A stretch of DNA of 29,469 nt from Candidatus Hadarchaeota archaeon (GCA_964452145.1 CAYVLA010000034.1:1-29469), one strand, 5' to 3'. Counted from the stretch's first letter, positions 1 through 9,583 are shown. Made by a program: numbers and translations. The notes: generated from the sequence alone by a model not told the origin.

Positions 1-18
1 GTTGCGGCCGGCCTGCTT

Positions 19-30
19 TGTATATATTCA
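19..30 (-). promoter_or_regulatory. Possible archaeal TATA box pointing off the left edge
   Basis: AT-rich TGAATATATACA on the minus strand in a GC-rich background. The expected start site would fall at or just beyond position 1. Confidence 0.35.
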
Positions 31-62
31 CCGACCGGGGAACGTGGCCCAATGGCGATAGG

Positions 63-1061
63 CTAGATTGGGCGGTCGGGATCCAAGCCCTCACCTGAAG
101 CTGCGATGTGCTTGTATTCCCTGTCCAATCGTCCCCCTATGAGCCCTCTCGGATAGGGTTCCAAGAAGGTTTGGTTGAGGAGGTACTCGTCACCAAACCG
201 GACTGCCCAGGATCGAATGAGGGCAACGGGTCCAGCTATGCAGATCCTCCCTTCTCTGTAGTCCTCCAGCATGTCAAGCAGGGGGCCCTTCTCTTGTCCC
301 CCAAGCTCCCTCTTGAAACGGCCGAGAGAATGCATCAAGACATCCACGACGGACGGAATCCTCATGCCCCTCGCGAGCGCGCGTCTCAGGCTCTGCTCAT
401 AGTCCGCGAAAGGATCGTCCAGATCTCCGCTCCGCGCAACGATCCTGCCAAGTCGAACCGTTTCCGCTTTGTGATGGGACATCAGAAGCATCTTGTTTCG
501 TGAATGGAAATCGACCAGATCCCGTACCCTTCCGCTTGCCTTCACCTCTCGAAATCTTGCGAAACAGAAGATCTTGATGAGGAAGTCGTCGGCGATCCTA
601 GGGTTTGTCAACCTGGCTTCATGCTCGAGGGCAAGCATCGGAAACCTCCTCCGGACCTCGGAGCCAAGAAAACCGGAGCCCTTCCCGACCGTCCCCCCGC
701 CCTCCGCAGTGGCATAGAGCTTGACATCGTTGATGCCGCAGGAGGGCGAGCCACTTTTCAGAATGAACCCGTCCGTGTCCTCCAGGGATGAGAGGAATGA
801 TTGGACGAACCGGTGCATCTCGACGGTGAGATCCCTTCCCGTCTCAGGCTGAACCAGGCGCAGGGAGTCCCTTCCCGATACCACCCTGATCCGCCGCCTC
901 GGCACCCCCAGGCCGATCTCCACCTCAGGACATACTGTGATGGCATTCACGTAAGCTTTGAGAGATTTCACCAAGGCGCTGGTAATCATCTGCCCATCGT
1001 ACCTGCAATGATCGAACTCAAGGCACCTGCTGATGACGACTCTTGGTCTCACCATATGCAT
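63..1061 (-). CDS. DUF523 (TudS-type Fe-S desulfidase) + DUF1722 (YbgA) fusion, RudS-like
   Basis: N-half has SRCLEFDHCRYDG, VCPEVEIGLGVPR and LKSGSPSCG (DUF523 Cys motifs). C-half has LVDFHSRNKMLLMSH, VLMHSLGRFK and YLLNQTFLEPYP (DUF1722). The start may be the ATG at 1055. Confidence 0.9.
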   Translation of the reverse strand: MHMVRPRVVISRCLEFDHCRYDGQMITSALVKSLKAYVNAITVCPEVEIGLGVPRRRIRVVSGRDSLRLVQPETGRDLTVEMHRFVQSFLSSLEDTDGFILKSGSPSCGINDVKLYATAEGGGTVGKGSGFLGSEVRRRFPMLALEHEARLTNPRIADDFLIKIFCFARFREVKASGRVRDLVDFHSRNKMLLMSHHKAETVRLGRIVARSGDLDDPFADYEQSLRRALARGMRIPSVVDVLMHSLGRFKRELGGQEKGPLLDMLEDYREGRICIAGPVALIRSWAVRFGDEYLLNQTFLEPYPRGLIGGRLDREYKHIAASGEGLDPDRPI

Positions 1062-1113
1062 ACCCAGATCGCCGCCTTCTCATCTTCATAGATGGCACTG
1101 ACGCAGCCCCTTC

Positions 1114-2463
1114 CTATGAAAAGTCGCGCACCTTCTCAATGTATGCGCCGACATCGAACTTCCTCTTGCATCCGTTGTAGCTCATGTATCGGATCTTGCC
1201 GAACACCGCCCTTTCGCCCCAGGGGCGGTCGTGAACCCCCCCGATGCTCCAGGCGATGCCCGCATATCCATTCGGGTCCCGTCCGTCCAGCTCGTACTTG
1301 TCATTCAGGTGGATCGCCGTATCCATCGCCTGCTCGGGGGATTCGGTCCATTCGAGGATCTTCTTGGCCCAGTACATCCGCATGTATCCGTGCATCTTGC
1401 CGCGCCGGACCATCTCCAACTGCGCAGCGTTCCACAGCTCGTCATGGGTCATGCCCTTCTCGAATTCCCCAAGATTGTAGACGTAGTCCCTCCTGTCGCT
1501 CCGATGATGATCGAGGGTCGCCGCAGCCCATCTTGGGAATCCTTGGATGCTGGCATATGCCGGGTTGTAGAGGCAGAAGTTGTCCGACAGTTCCCTCCTG
1601 ACTATGAGTTCCTCCAGAAACGCTTCTCTAGCAGCCTCCCCTACCCTGGTGTTACGTACCTGACATGCTACCCTCTGGGCCGACAGCTGCCCGAAGTGAA
1701 GGTACGGCGACAGGTTCGATTGTCCCTCCTTTGAGGGATCGCTCCTTTCCTTCTCATATCTCTCAAGCCCAGTAGTAATGAAGCGGCGAAGAGCCGCGAG
1801 GCCAGCCTCTTCGCCGGGTTCAATCCACTTGGCCTCCTCGACCGGGTGGCCAGCGGGGAGATCGCGAAGGACTCTGTCCCAGGGCGTCGGGACGCAGCCA
1901 TCGTCCCACGCAGATCGATGGCGTCGAATGCTCCTAGGCCTGTCCAGAAACTCGTCTAGGACCCGAAGGATCTTCGGGCGGATGGTGTAGGCACCGAACT
2001 CGGCCTTCTGGGAGGTCACCCAGCAGGGCACCACATTGTGGGCATCCACCTCGTAGATCGGAATCCCCAAGCCTTCCCGCACCGAATCCTTCCATTGCCT
2101 CTTGATCATGAGGGGGTCGAAGTCTGTTACGAGCAGGCCGGCATGGCTCTCCTCGCAGAAACTCGTCAACACAACTCCGGGCGGTCCCTGCAGGAGGCGA
2201 AACGGGATGTTGTTCTCTGCCAACCTCCTCTCCACCTTCATCAGTCCCTTCACCATGAAGACATACTGCCGCAGGCCGGCATTGAGGAATCCTGAAACTA
2301 GGCAGAACACGACGACCAGCGGCCGCCTCATCCTGACGGCCTGTTCCTGGGCGAAGACTAGCGCCCAGTTGTCTTTCGTTCGCTGGTCCCGGCTCATCCA
2401 ATAGACGATGGGTCCTCTGCCCGACCCTCCATCTCTGAGCAGCCTCACCCTACGCTCGTTCAC
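1114..2463 (-). CDS. phrB: Class II CPD DNA photolyase
   Basis: VYWMSRDQR.DNWAL, EVDAHNVVPCW, SNLSPYLHFGQLS, EELIVRRELSDNF, GKMHGYMRMYWAKKILEW and DGRDPNGYAGIAWSIGGVHDRPW are diagnostic of class II photolyases. Confidence 0.96.
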   Translation of the reverse strand: MNERRVRLLRDGGSGRGPIVYWMSRDQRTKDNWALVFAQEQAVRMRRPLVVVFCLVSGFLNAGLRQYVFMVKGLMKVERRLAENNIPFRLLQGPPGVVLTSFCEESHAGLLVTDFDPLMIKRQWKDSVREGLGIPIYEVDAHNVVPCWVTSQKAEFGAYTIRPKILRVLDEFLDRPRSIRRHRSAWDDGCVPTPWDRVLRDLPAGHPVEEAKWIEPGEEAGLAALRRFITTGLERYEKERSDPSKEGQSNLSPYLHFGQLSAQRVACQVRNTRVGEAAREAFLEELIVRRELSDNFCLYNPAYASIQGFPRWAAATLDHHRSDRRDYVYNLGEFEKGMTHDELWNAAQLEMVRRGKMHGYMRMYWAKKILEWTESPEQAMDTAIHLNDKYELDGRDPNGYAGIAWSIGGVHDRPWGERAVFGKIRYMSYNGCKRKFDVGAYIEKVRDFS

Positions 2464-2535
2464 AAAAACAGCTCGGTCGGCCCGGTCATGATCCCGGGTC
2501 TAGAACTATGCCACGGATGATCCTCTGCCCCAAGT

Positions 2536-4308
2536 CTACTCCAGCTCTATTGTGGAGGATGGCTTCGTTGTTATCTCGTAGAAGTAAGCCCCAACGCCAG
2601 GGATCTCACCTAGCTGCCTGCCGACCTCAAGCAGCTCTTCGAACGGTATGCGCGAGGGCATTGCTGTCATGAAATCCCTAGTATCTACAGCTCGGATAAC
2701 GGCCCCTAGGCTCCCCTTCCCGCCTTCGCCAAGGGCGGCTAGGACCCTGCAGACGGGTTTCATCCTCCCTGTGATTGCGCTCTGGAGGCGGAGCATCTCC
2801 AACCAGGAGACCGCGCCCCAGGCGGGCTCCCCGAGAAGATCCTCAACTCTGAGGGAGACGATCCGTCCCAGAGTCCTCTCATCCCCCTTCACCCCGACAG
2901 CAACATCGCGATGGATCGACGCATCGATTTCGAAATCGGCCCCGAGAATCTCCCTTGCGATTTCCCCTGCCTCGCGGCAGCCTTCGGATCTTCGACTAAT
3001 GAAGTATACCAGATACTGGGCGGGTTTGTGGGCTTCAAGCACCCGTTCGGCCAAGGAGGTGGCCCTTCGCAGCGACTCCAAATCATCCCTGTCGGCAGCC
3101 CCCGCGATCCGAACCGAGAGACCCGGACCGGGGAATGGCTGTCGCTCCAGAAGATGGTCGGCGACCCCCAAGGCACGCCCGAGAACCCTGACCTGGTACT
3201 TGAACAGGTCCCTTATGGGTTCGATCACCCTGATCCACATCTCCTCCGGCAGCCCCCCGACGTTGTGATGGAGCTTGATACTCCCGCCGTGGGCCGAGCC
3301 CTTCCCCTTCGAGGCCATGCCCCTCGAACTCTCTATTGCATCAGGAGCTATGGTTCCCTGGATGAGGGCCGTCACATTCCTCGCTACGGCGATCTCCTCG
3401 AAGGACCGGATGAACAGCTCGCCTATCTTCCTCCTCTTGGCGTCGCCGTCCGTCAGCCCCGAAAGGGCATCCAGGAATCTCTCCGATGCGTCTACCAACA
3501 CGGTTTCTAGGCCAAGCGACTGCAGCTCCTCGATCACCCTTTTCGACTCCCCCTGCCTCATGAAACCGTGATCGACATGGACAGCGACCAGCCGCGTCCC
3601 CAATGCCCTCTGAGCGAGGACCGCAGCAACCGTGGAGTCGACCCCGCCGGATGCAGCCACCATGGCTGTTCCGTCCCCCACCTCCCGTCTGATCTGCTCG
3701 ACCTTGGATCGGATGTAAGCCTGTGGATCCCAGGAACCCACCGCCAGCCTGCATATATCGCGTGCGAAGTTCTCCAGAATCTGCCAACCCTTAGGGGTGT
3801 GGCTGACCTCCGGGTGAAATTGGAGTCCGTATAGCGGCAGGTCCTTGTGCACCATCGCGGCGTTGGCACAATCCCTGGTTGATGCGAGAGCAAGGAAATC
3901 CTTGGGGAGCCTCACCACGGCATCTCCGTGGCTCATCCACGCTATCTGGGGGGTTTCGATTGCCTTGAAGAGGGGATCATCGTGCAGGATGTTGATCTCC
4001 GCGAAGCCGTACTCCCCGGTTTCTCCCCCTGCCACTTCCCCACCCAGGCTGTGGGCCATGAGCTGGTGGCCGTAGCAGAGGCCCAGTATCGGCTTTCCGC
4101 TCCCGAGAATGGAGCGGTCGACGCTCGGTGCGCCTTGTCGGTAGACGCTGTAGGGCCCTCCGCTTAGAACGATCCCGGCACAGTCCCCGAGCTGGGCCAT
4201 GGTGGAAGCGTGTGTGACGATCTCCGCTTCAAGGGACATCTCCCTGAAGGCGCGCCTTATGTTCTGGACGTACTGGCCCCCGTAATCCAGGATGGCGATT
4301 TGGCTCAC
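2536..4308 (-). CDS. guaA: GMP synthase (glutamine-hydrolysing), fused GATase + ATPPase, extended C-terminus
   Basis: LDYGGQY, LSGGPYSV, LGLCYGHQ (catalytic Cys), QFHPEV (His-Glu), SGGVDS PP-loop, IKLHHNVGGL, RQPFPGPGL, and terminal YEITTKPSSTIELE. Confidence 0.95.
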   Translation of the reverse strand: MSQIAILDYGGQYVQNIRRAFREMSLEAEIVTHASTMAQLGDCAGIVLSGGPYSVYRQGAPSVDRSILGSGKPILGLCYGHQLMAHSLGGEVAGGETGEYGFAEINILHDDPLFKAIETPQIAWMSHGDAVVRLPKDFLALASTRDCANAAMVHKDLPLYGLQFHPEVSHTPKGWQILENFARDICRLAVGSWDPQAYIRSKVEQIRREVGDGTAMVAASGGVDSTVAAVLAQRALGTRLVAVHVDHGFMRQGESKRVIEELQSLGLETVLVDASERFLDALSGLTDGDAKRRKIGELFIRSFEEIAVARNVTALIQGTIAPDAIESSRGMASKGKGSAHGGSIKLHHNVGGLPEEMWIRVIEPIRDLFKYQVRVLGRALGVADHLLERQPFPGPGLSVRIAGAADRDDLESLRRATSLAERVLEAHKPAQYLVYFISRRSEGCREAGEIAREILGADFEIDASIHRDVAVGVKGDERTLGRIVSLRVEDLLGEPAWGAVSWLEMLRLQSAITGRMKPVCRVLAALGEGGKGSLGAVIRAVDTRDFMTAMPSRIPFEELLEVGRQLGEIPGVGAYFYEITTKPSSTIELE

Positions 4309-4410
4309 ACGCCTGGGAGAGACGAACTTCTGAATAATCTTCCCTGATGGGAGGGCCCAAGCCCAACAGCTTTATGAGGTGACCGCGGTTGGGAAGGATC
4401 CAAGGGTGGC

Positions 4411-6282
4411 ATGTTGAGGTCGGATCTCGAAGCAGGCGTGGTCGACAACCGGCGGTCTCCCTTCTCCCGGATGACGGGCCTTCCCATACGTCGAGTTCGG
4501 GTGAGGAATGGTTTTTGGGGCCCCCGCATCGAGTCCAACAGGCAGGTTAGCGTCCCCAAGCTCTTATCGCTACTTGACGAACACGGCGTGGTTGACAACT
4601 TCCGGAGGATCTCGGCACAAAAACAGGTTGCCAGACAAGGACCTCTGTACACCGACTCCGACCTCTACAAGTGGATGGAGGGCGCCGCATTCCTCCTCGA
4701 CACGCATCCAGATCCGGAGCTGGAATCGATTCTGGATTCGATAGTCAGGGATGTGGTTGGGGCGCAGGCGAGCGATGGGTACCTCAATACCTTTTTCGTC
4801 GAGGAACATGCGGGTGAAAGGTACACCGACTTCGGCCGTAACCACGAGTTCTACTGTGCCGGCCATCTCATTCAGGCCGCCATCGCCCACCATAGGGCAA
4901 CGGGCAAGGAGGGCTTCCTGAATTGCGCGATCAGATTCGCAGACCACCTGATCTCGGTGTTCGGGACGGGACGCCGAAAGGGATTCTCGGGCCATCCCGA
5001 ACTTGAGATGGCGATGGTAGAGCTCTATAGAACCACGGGCAAGGGGGAATACCTTGACTTCGCGAGATACCTCTTGGACCAGATCGGGTTCTCGGCCAGG
5101 GAGGCAATGGAGGGCCATGCGGTGAGGGCTGGATATGCTTGCTGCGGGGGTGCGGACTACTATGCCGAGACGGGCGATGAACCCACTTGGGTAGCTCTGG
5201 ATAGGCTCTGGCATGACATGGTTAGCCACAAGGTCTACATCACAGGCGGACTCGGCTCGCGCCACGTTGGTGAGGCCTTTGGAGAGCCTTACGAGCTGCC
5301 CAACCTTAGGGCATATGCCGAGACCTGCGCCGCGGTGTCCAATCTCATGTGGAACTGGAGGATGCTCTGCATCAGGGGCCAGGCCAAGTACGGGGATCTC
5401 TTCGAGACGATCCTGTATAACGGATTCTTGGCCGGCGTCTCACTCTCGGGCGGCGAGTACTTCTATGTCAATCCCCTTGAGAGCAGTGGGCCCAGAGGCA
5501 AGGAACGGGGGAATGTGCGAAACGAATGGTACACCACTACCTGCTGCCCCACCAACGTTGTGAGAACGATCGCATCGCTGCCGGGCTACCTCTATGGGAT
5601 GGGAGACCCGGGGATCTGGGTCAACCTGTATCAGACATCAACGGTTGAGTGCCGGGTCGGAGAATCGGAAGTCGTACTCGATCAGGAAACGTCATATCCA
5701 TGGAGCGGCGAGGTCGAGATCGTCCTTTCCTCCGTGCCGAACGAGGAGATCGCCCTAGTCTGCCGGATGCCGGGCTGGGCCCCGATCTGCCGTGTATCCG
5801 TCAACGACGAACCCGCTTCAGAAGCTCGACCCGGGAGCTACGAAAGGATCGAGCGAACCTGGCGGTCGGGAGACAGGATTCGTCTCTCCTTCGCGATGGA
5901 GACCAGGCTGGTTCAGGCCCACCATCGTGTGAGAGAGGACTTCGGATGCGTTGCCATCTGTCGTGGACCCTTGGTGTACTGCGTCGAGAGCATCGACAAT
6001 CCCGGATTCGAGGTTCAGGACCTCATGTTGGGGCCGGATTCGTCCTTCCACTTCCAGTTCTCGCCCGAACTCCTAGGCGGGGTGGGGGTCCTACGGTTCA
6101 ACGCGTTCGTCGCGGAGCATCCGGGAACCCTCTACGAGGCCTCAGATAGCGCCAGAACCGATCTGAGAGAGGTCACCGCGGTCGCGATTCCGTACTATTC
6201 ATGGGCCAACAGGGGAGCTTCCTCCATGCTTGTCTGGATACCGATGACCAGCCCGTTGAACCGGTATGGAACCCAGACGTGA
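4411..6282 (+). CDS. GH127 beta-L-arabinofuranosidase-family glycoside hydrolase (cytoplasmic)
   Basis: DSDLYKWMEG, HEFYCAGHLIQAA, GHPELEMA, GHAVRA, YITGGLGS, YAETCAA and TCCPTN (HypBA1-type Zn/Cys ligands), RGPLVYC, IPYYSWANRG. No signal peptide. The start may be the GTG at 4438. Confidence 0.93.
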   Translation: MLRSDLEAGVVDNRRSPFSRMTGLPIRRVRVRNGFWGPRIESNRQVSVPKLLSLLDEHGVVDNFRRISAQKQVARQGPLYTDSDLYKWMEGAAFLLDTHPDPELESILDSIVRDVVGAQASDGYLNTFFVEEHAGERYTDFGRNHEFYCAGHLIQAAIAHHRATGKEGFLNCAIRFADHLISVFGTGRRKGFSGHPELEMAMVELYRTTGKGEYLDFARYLLDQIGFSAREAMEGHAVRAGYACCGGADYYAETGDEPTWVALDRLWHDMVSHKVYITGGLGSRHVGEAFGEPYELPNLRAYAETCAAVSNLMWNWRMLCIRGQAKYGDLFETILYNGFLAGVSLSGGEYFYVNPLESSGPRGKERGNVRNEWYTTTCCPTNVVRTIASLPGYLYGMGDPGIWVNLYQTSTVECRVGESEVVLDQETSYPWSGEVEIVLSSVPNEEIALVCRMPGWAPICRVSVNDEPASEARPGSYERIERTWRSGDRIRLSFAMETRLVQAHHRVREDFGCVAICRGPLVYCVESIDNPGFEVQDLMLGPDSSFHFQFSPELLGGVGVLRFNAFVAEHPGTLYEASDSARTDLREVTAVAIPYYSWANRGASSMLVWIPMTSPLNRYGTQT

Positions 6283-6513
6283 TCTGTGGCAGCCCAGCAT
6301 CCAGATCGGAAGCCTGTCGCGTGGCATCTTCAATCATCGATTTGGCTGCAGTCGTCGCCCAGCCCCAGAAGCGAGCTGGAGATCGGAAGACGGATCAATG
6401 ATGTCTGCGACCATATGCGAATGGAAACATCTATGACTACAATGTGTAAGGTGCCAGTGTACACGGAGAGGCCCTGGAGTGGCACATCCCGGGCACGACC
6501 GAAGGTTGTAAAA

Positions 6514-8007
6514 ATGCGTCGTCAACTCGGATTCCTCCTGTCGGTGTTGTTTCTCGTGCCCGTGACAGCGGGCGCGGAGTCCGGATTCCTCACCGAAATG
6601 ATCAGCCCACCAGACATCAGTTGTTGGACCACCTCGGTCGCCGCCACTGCCATCACTGCACAGAGAAATGATGACCTTCACGCGATCTGGGTTGAGGAAG
6701 GGCCCACCGGAACAGACGTATACTACTACAAGTACAACAATGCCTCCCGCAAATGGTCGAGCGGCCTTGCCCTTTCCGAAGGAGGGCACGCCAAAGACGC
6801 CGCCATATCGGTGGACTATCAGGGGAACATACACTGCGTCTGGGAGGATCAGGGACGCATATACCATCGCATGCGGAATGCCACAAGCGAGGAGTGGCAC
6901 GAGGCATTCCTGGTTTCGGAAGACGGCTACGGTCCGATGGTCCTTTGTGACAGGGCACCGAACGCTCACATACTCTGGATCCAGAAAGCCGTCGCCGCGG
7001 GCAATGCCTACTTGGCGCACAGATACGTCGATGCCTACGGAAAGTGGAGCGCCACAAATCCCGTCTCGCCCGAGAATGCCTTCTCCACGGAACCGGCCGT
7101 GGCTCTTGATGACAGAAACGGCCTCCACGCCGTATGGAAGATGACCTTCAATGCTTCCAAGCCCTACGATCTGTGCTACGCATACCGCAGAGCCGGCAGC
7201 AGTTGGGACCCCTTTACTCGAATACTAGACGGAGCGAGTAGGGAATTCTCGCGTCCCGCCATCGCGGCGGACAAGGATTTCTATCTGCATCTGGTCTGGG
7301 CCGAGGGCTCGGAGGGCATGCAGCGGATCTATTACATCGTCTGGAAGGGACGCTGGGGGGATCCCGTCCCGCTGACCGATTCACCCAGTTCTGCCCGAAA
7401 CCCGGCTGTGGCGACGGACGAAGGACAGAACGTCCATGTGGTGTGGGAGGACACCCGAGACCACCCGGAATCCGGCACAGCCGAGATCTACTACAGGAGG
7501 CTCTGGCCACTGGGAGTATGGACCTTGCCGCAGAGGCTGACCATTGGTCATGCCCTGCAAGGCGTTCCGCCTTCGGTGAAGGTGTCAACCACGAGCAGGG
7601 ATCTTCACATCATCTGGTCGGAGGAAAGGGAGGGGAAGGGCACGGTCCTGCACGGTGTCTGGCTCGGCCAGCGGAAGGAGGATGTGACCAGGGCGGGCTC
7701 AAAGGCCAGATCGGCTTTGGCCGAGATCCAGCGGGAACCCTTCATCTCGCCCCAGGCCAGGAAGGCGTCGGACCTTGCCTCAGCGGCCTACCAGGAGGCC
7801 CTGGATTCCCTTGAGCGGTTCGATGTGTCCACAGCCAACCAGAAATTCTTGGAATGTCTGGAGCTGCTGGAGGAAGGGCAGGCGCTGGACGATCGATACA
7901 AGGAGGTTAGGGGGAGGAGGATGGGGATCACGCTTGCCCTGGTCGGCGCCATACCCGGGGGAGCCATTCTGGCGTCGTGGCTGGCCCTCAGACGGAGAGA
8001 GGGATAG
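6514..8007 (+). CDS. Secreted, C-terminally anchored beta-propeller repeat protein (sialidase/BNR-like fold)
   Basis: Start re-called to ATG 6514, which gives a signal peptide (MRRQLGFLLSVLFLVPVTAGA). Seven repeats of a hH-h-h-W core (DLHAIW, NIHCVW, NAHILW, GLHAVW, YLHLVW, NVHVVW, DLHIIW) are followed by a helical stalk, a TM helix and an RRRE tail. Confidence 0.75.
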   Translation: MRRQLGFLLSVLFLVPVTAGAESGFLTEMISPPDISCWTTSVAATAITAQRNDDLHAIWVEEGPTGTDVYYYKYNNASRKWSSGLALSEGGHAKDAAISVDYQGNIHCVWEDQGRIYHRMRNATSEEWHEAFLVSEDGYGPMVLCDRAPNAHILWIQKAVAAGNAYLAHRYVDAYGKWSATNPVSPENAFSTEPAVALDDRNGLHAVWKMTFNASKPYDLCYAYRRAGSSWDPFTRILDGASREFSRPAIAADKDFYLHLVWAEGSEGMQRIYYIVWKGRWGDPVPLTDSPSSARNPAVATDEGQNVHVVWEDTRDHPESGTAEIYYRRLWPLGVWTLPQRLTIGHALQGVPPSVKVSTTSRDLHIIWSEEREGKGTVLHGVWLGQRKEDVTRAGSKARSALAEIQREPFISPQARKASDLASAAYQEALDSLERFDVSTANQKFLECLELLEEGQALDDRYKEVRGRRMGITLALVGAIPGGAILASWLALRRREG

Positions 8008-8033
8008 GACCCCCCGCACCAGAGGCGTGAAGG

Positions 8034-8918
8034 ATGAGGAGGCTAGTCGTGACCGGCGGGAGCGGCCTGGTCGGGGGCAACCTCTGCGCCCTTGCGAGAG
8101 ACGGTTGGCAGGTGACCGGCACCTACCTCTCCACGAGGCCGAACCTGGAGGGGGTGGATTGGCGCGAGGTAGACGTCGGTGACGCAGGCGCAGTTGGAGC
8201 CCTTATGAGCGAGATCCGCCCCGATCTGGTCGTCCACACGGCTGCGCTCGCAGATATCGATGCCTGTGAAAGGGACCCGCAGACTGCTTGGAGATCCAAC
8301 GTTCTGGGAACGGCCAACGTAGCAAAGGAGGCAGAGAGGATCGGGGCTCGCCTGGTACACATGTCGACATCTAACGTCTTCGACGGGGAGAAGGGCGACT
8401 ATGTTGAGTCGGATCCAATGGCCGGAACCAGCGTCTATTCGAAGACCAAGATAGCATCGGAGGTCGAGGCCTTGGCCTGTCGAAGCACGGTCATCATTCG
8501 AACATCCCTCGTTCTCGGATTCCCCAAGACAACGGGACGATCCTTCCTCTCCGCTGCCATCACGACGCTGAGAGAGGGCAGACCCCTCGCTCTACCATCC
8601 TACGAGATGCGAAGTCCAATCGATGTATGGACCATATCGTCCTGCATGATGGAGTTGGGAGAGATGACCGATATCGGGATCTACCACATAGCGGGCATCG
8701 AGAGGCTCTCCCGCTACGAGATGGGTCTGAAGATTGCCGACAAGGTTGGCTGCGACCGGTCGCTGGTCATTCCGGTGAAGGATTCCGTTCCAGGCAGGGC
8801 GCCCAGGCCCCGTGACTCGTCCCTCAACACGTCAAAGGCCAGATCCACGCTGAGAACCGGCCTCCCGGATTGTGCTCTGGCGATTGACAGGGCGTTCTGG
8901 TGGGCTGAGAGAACATGA
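8034..8918 (+). CDS. RmlD-like extended SDR (dTDP-4-dehydrorhamnose reductase family)
   Basis: VTGGSGLVG Rossmann motif, VVHTAALADIDACE, HMSTSNVFDG, YSKTK (YxxxK) and RPRDSSL. Confidence 0.85.
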   Translation: MRRLVVTGGSGLVGGNLCALARDGWQVTGTYLSTRPNLEGVDWREVDVGDAGAVGALMSEIRPDLVVHTAALADIDACERDPQTAWRSNVLGTANVAKEAERIGARLVHMSTSNVFDGEKGDYVESDPMAGTSVYSKTKIASEVEALACRSTVIIRTSLVLGFPKTTGRSFLSAAITTLREGRPLALPSYEMRSPIDVWTISSCMMELGEMTDIGIYHIAGIERLSRYEMGLKIADKVGCDRSLVIPVKDSVPGRAPRPRDSSLNTSKARSTLRTGLPDCALAIDRAFWWAERT

Positions 8919-8971
8919 CCTTCGCGCGGAGTGTCAAGACAGTTCGGCTCCATCAACAAGGGGGACGGCGC

Positions 8972-9583
8972 CTACAGAAGGGTTGCGGCAGAGGCTATGG
9001 CTCCGAGGAAGGCCGTATCGTAGTCAGGAGCTGACCCGACAACGATCACGTCACCCTCGTCCATATCGAGCTCGGCTAGGAGGACTTCCGATAGGCCGGG
9101 GTCCATCCTCGAAAGATCCGTGTCCATTCCTGGGAAGGCGAGCTTTCCGGAGGAATAAACGAACGTGGATGCGCCGCTTGATCCAGCGATAATCGCTGCG
9201 TCTCTCTGCTCGAGGCCGGTCGCAACCATTCCAGCTGCTCTCTTCACAGCGATTGCCACATTGCAGGAGTCGATCAAAGCCTTCCCCCCTGCGACCGGGA
9301 TGCCCCTGGAGAACTGGCCTCTGATCGATTCCAGGAGCAGTACACCCTGCCTCGACAGACTTATCCCACCTCTCGACACCTTCACCAGGCCCTCTGCCCT
9401 CAGCAACTCGGTCATGGTTCTAATGCTTCCCTCCCCCACCTTCAGCCTTCCGACCAGCTCCTTTCGTCCGAAGTGCCGAGTCTCCACAAGCTCTAGGAAT
9501 CGCACGACATGAGCGGCAGCGAAGAAGGGTTTCGGCCCACGAGGCCTGGACACCATTAGCTTGAGGACTTTGCCGTAGGTCAA
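8972..9583 (-). CDS. Winged-HTH + DUF4443 archaeal protein (PH0730-like), putative regulator
   Basis: GRKELVGRLKVGEGSIRTMTELLRAEGLVKVSRGGISLS is a wHTH; GLEQRDAAIIAGSSGA and EGDVIVVGSA fit DUF4443. Start re-called to TTG 9583, overlapping the upstream TGA (TTGA); ATG 9556 is the alternative. Confidence 0.8.
   Translation of the reverse strand: MTYGKVLKLMVSRPRGPKPFFAAAHVVRFLELVETRHFGRKELVGRLKVGEGSIRTMTELLRAEGLVKVSRGGISLSRQGVLLLESIRGQFSRGIPVAGGKALIDSCNVAIAVKRAAGMVATGLEQRDAAIIAGSSGASTFVYSSGKLAFPGMDTDLSRMDPGLSEVLLAELDMDEGDVIVVGSAPDYDTAFLGAIASAATLL

Noticed and set aside
2460..2489. 9-codon upstream ORF (MTGPTELFL) whose TGA overlaps the photolyase GTG, with a T5 run
   Set aside because: Easily arises by chance. 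The photolyase is complete from GTG 2463, so no frameshift is needed.
6286..6513. 76-aa N-terminal extension of the propeller ORF
   Set aside because: A clean signal peptide starts at ATG 6514. The extension looks like non-coding read-through, and no small gene or RNA was recognised there.
8034..8918. Rhamnose/surface polysaccharide biosynthesis cluster
   Set aside because: No rmlA/B/C or glycosyltransferases nearby. It is an orphan SDR with uncertain substrate.
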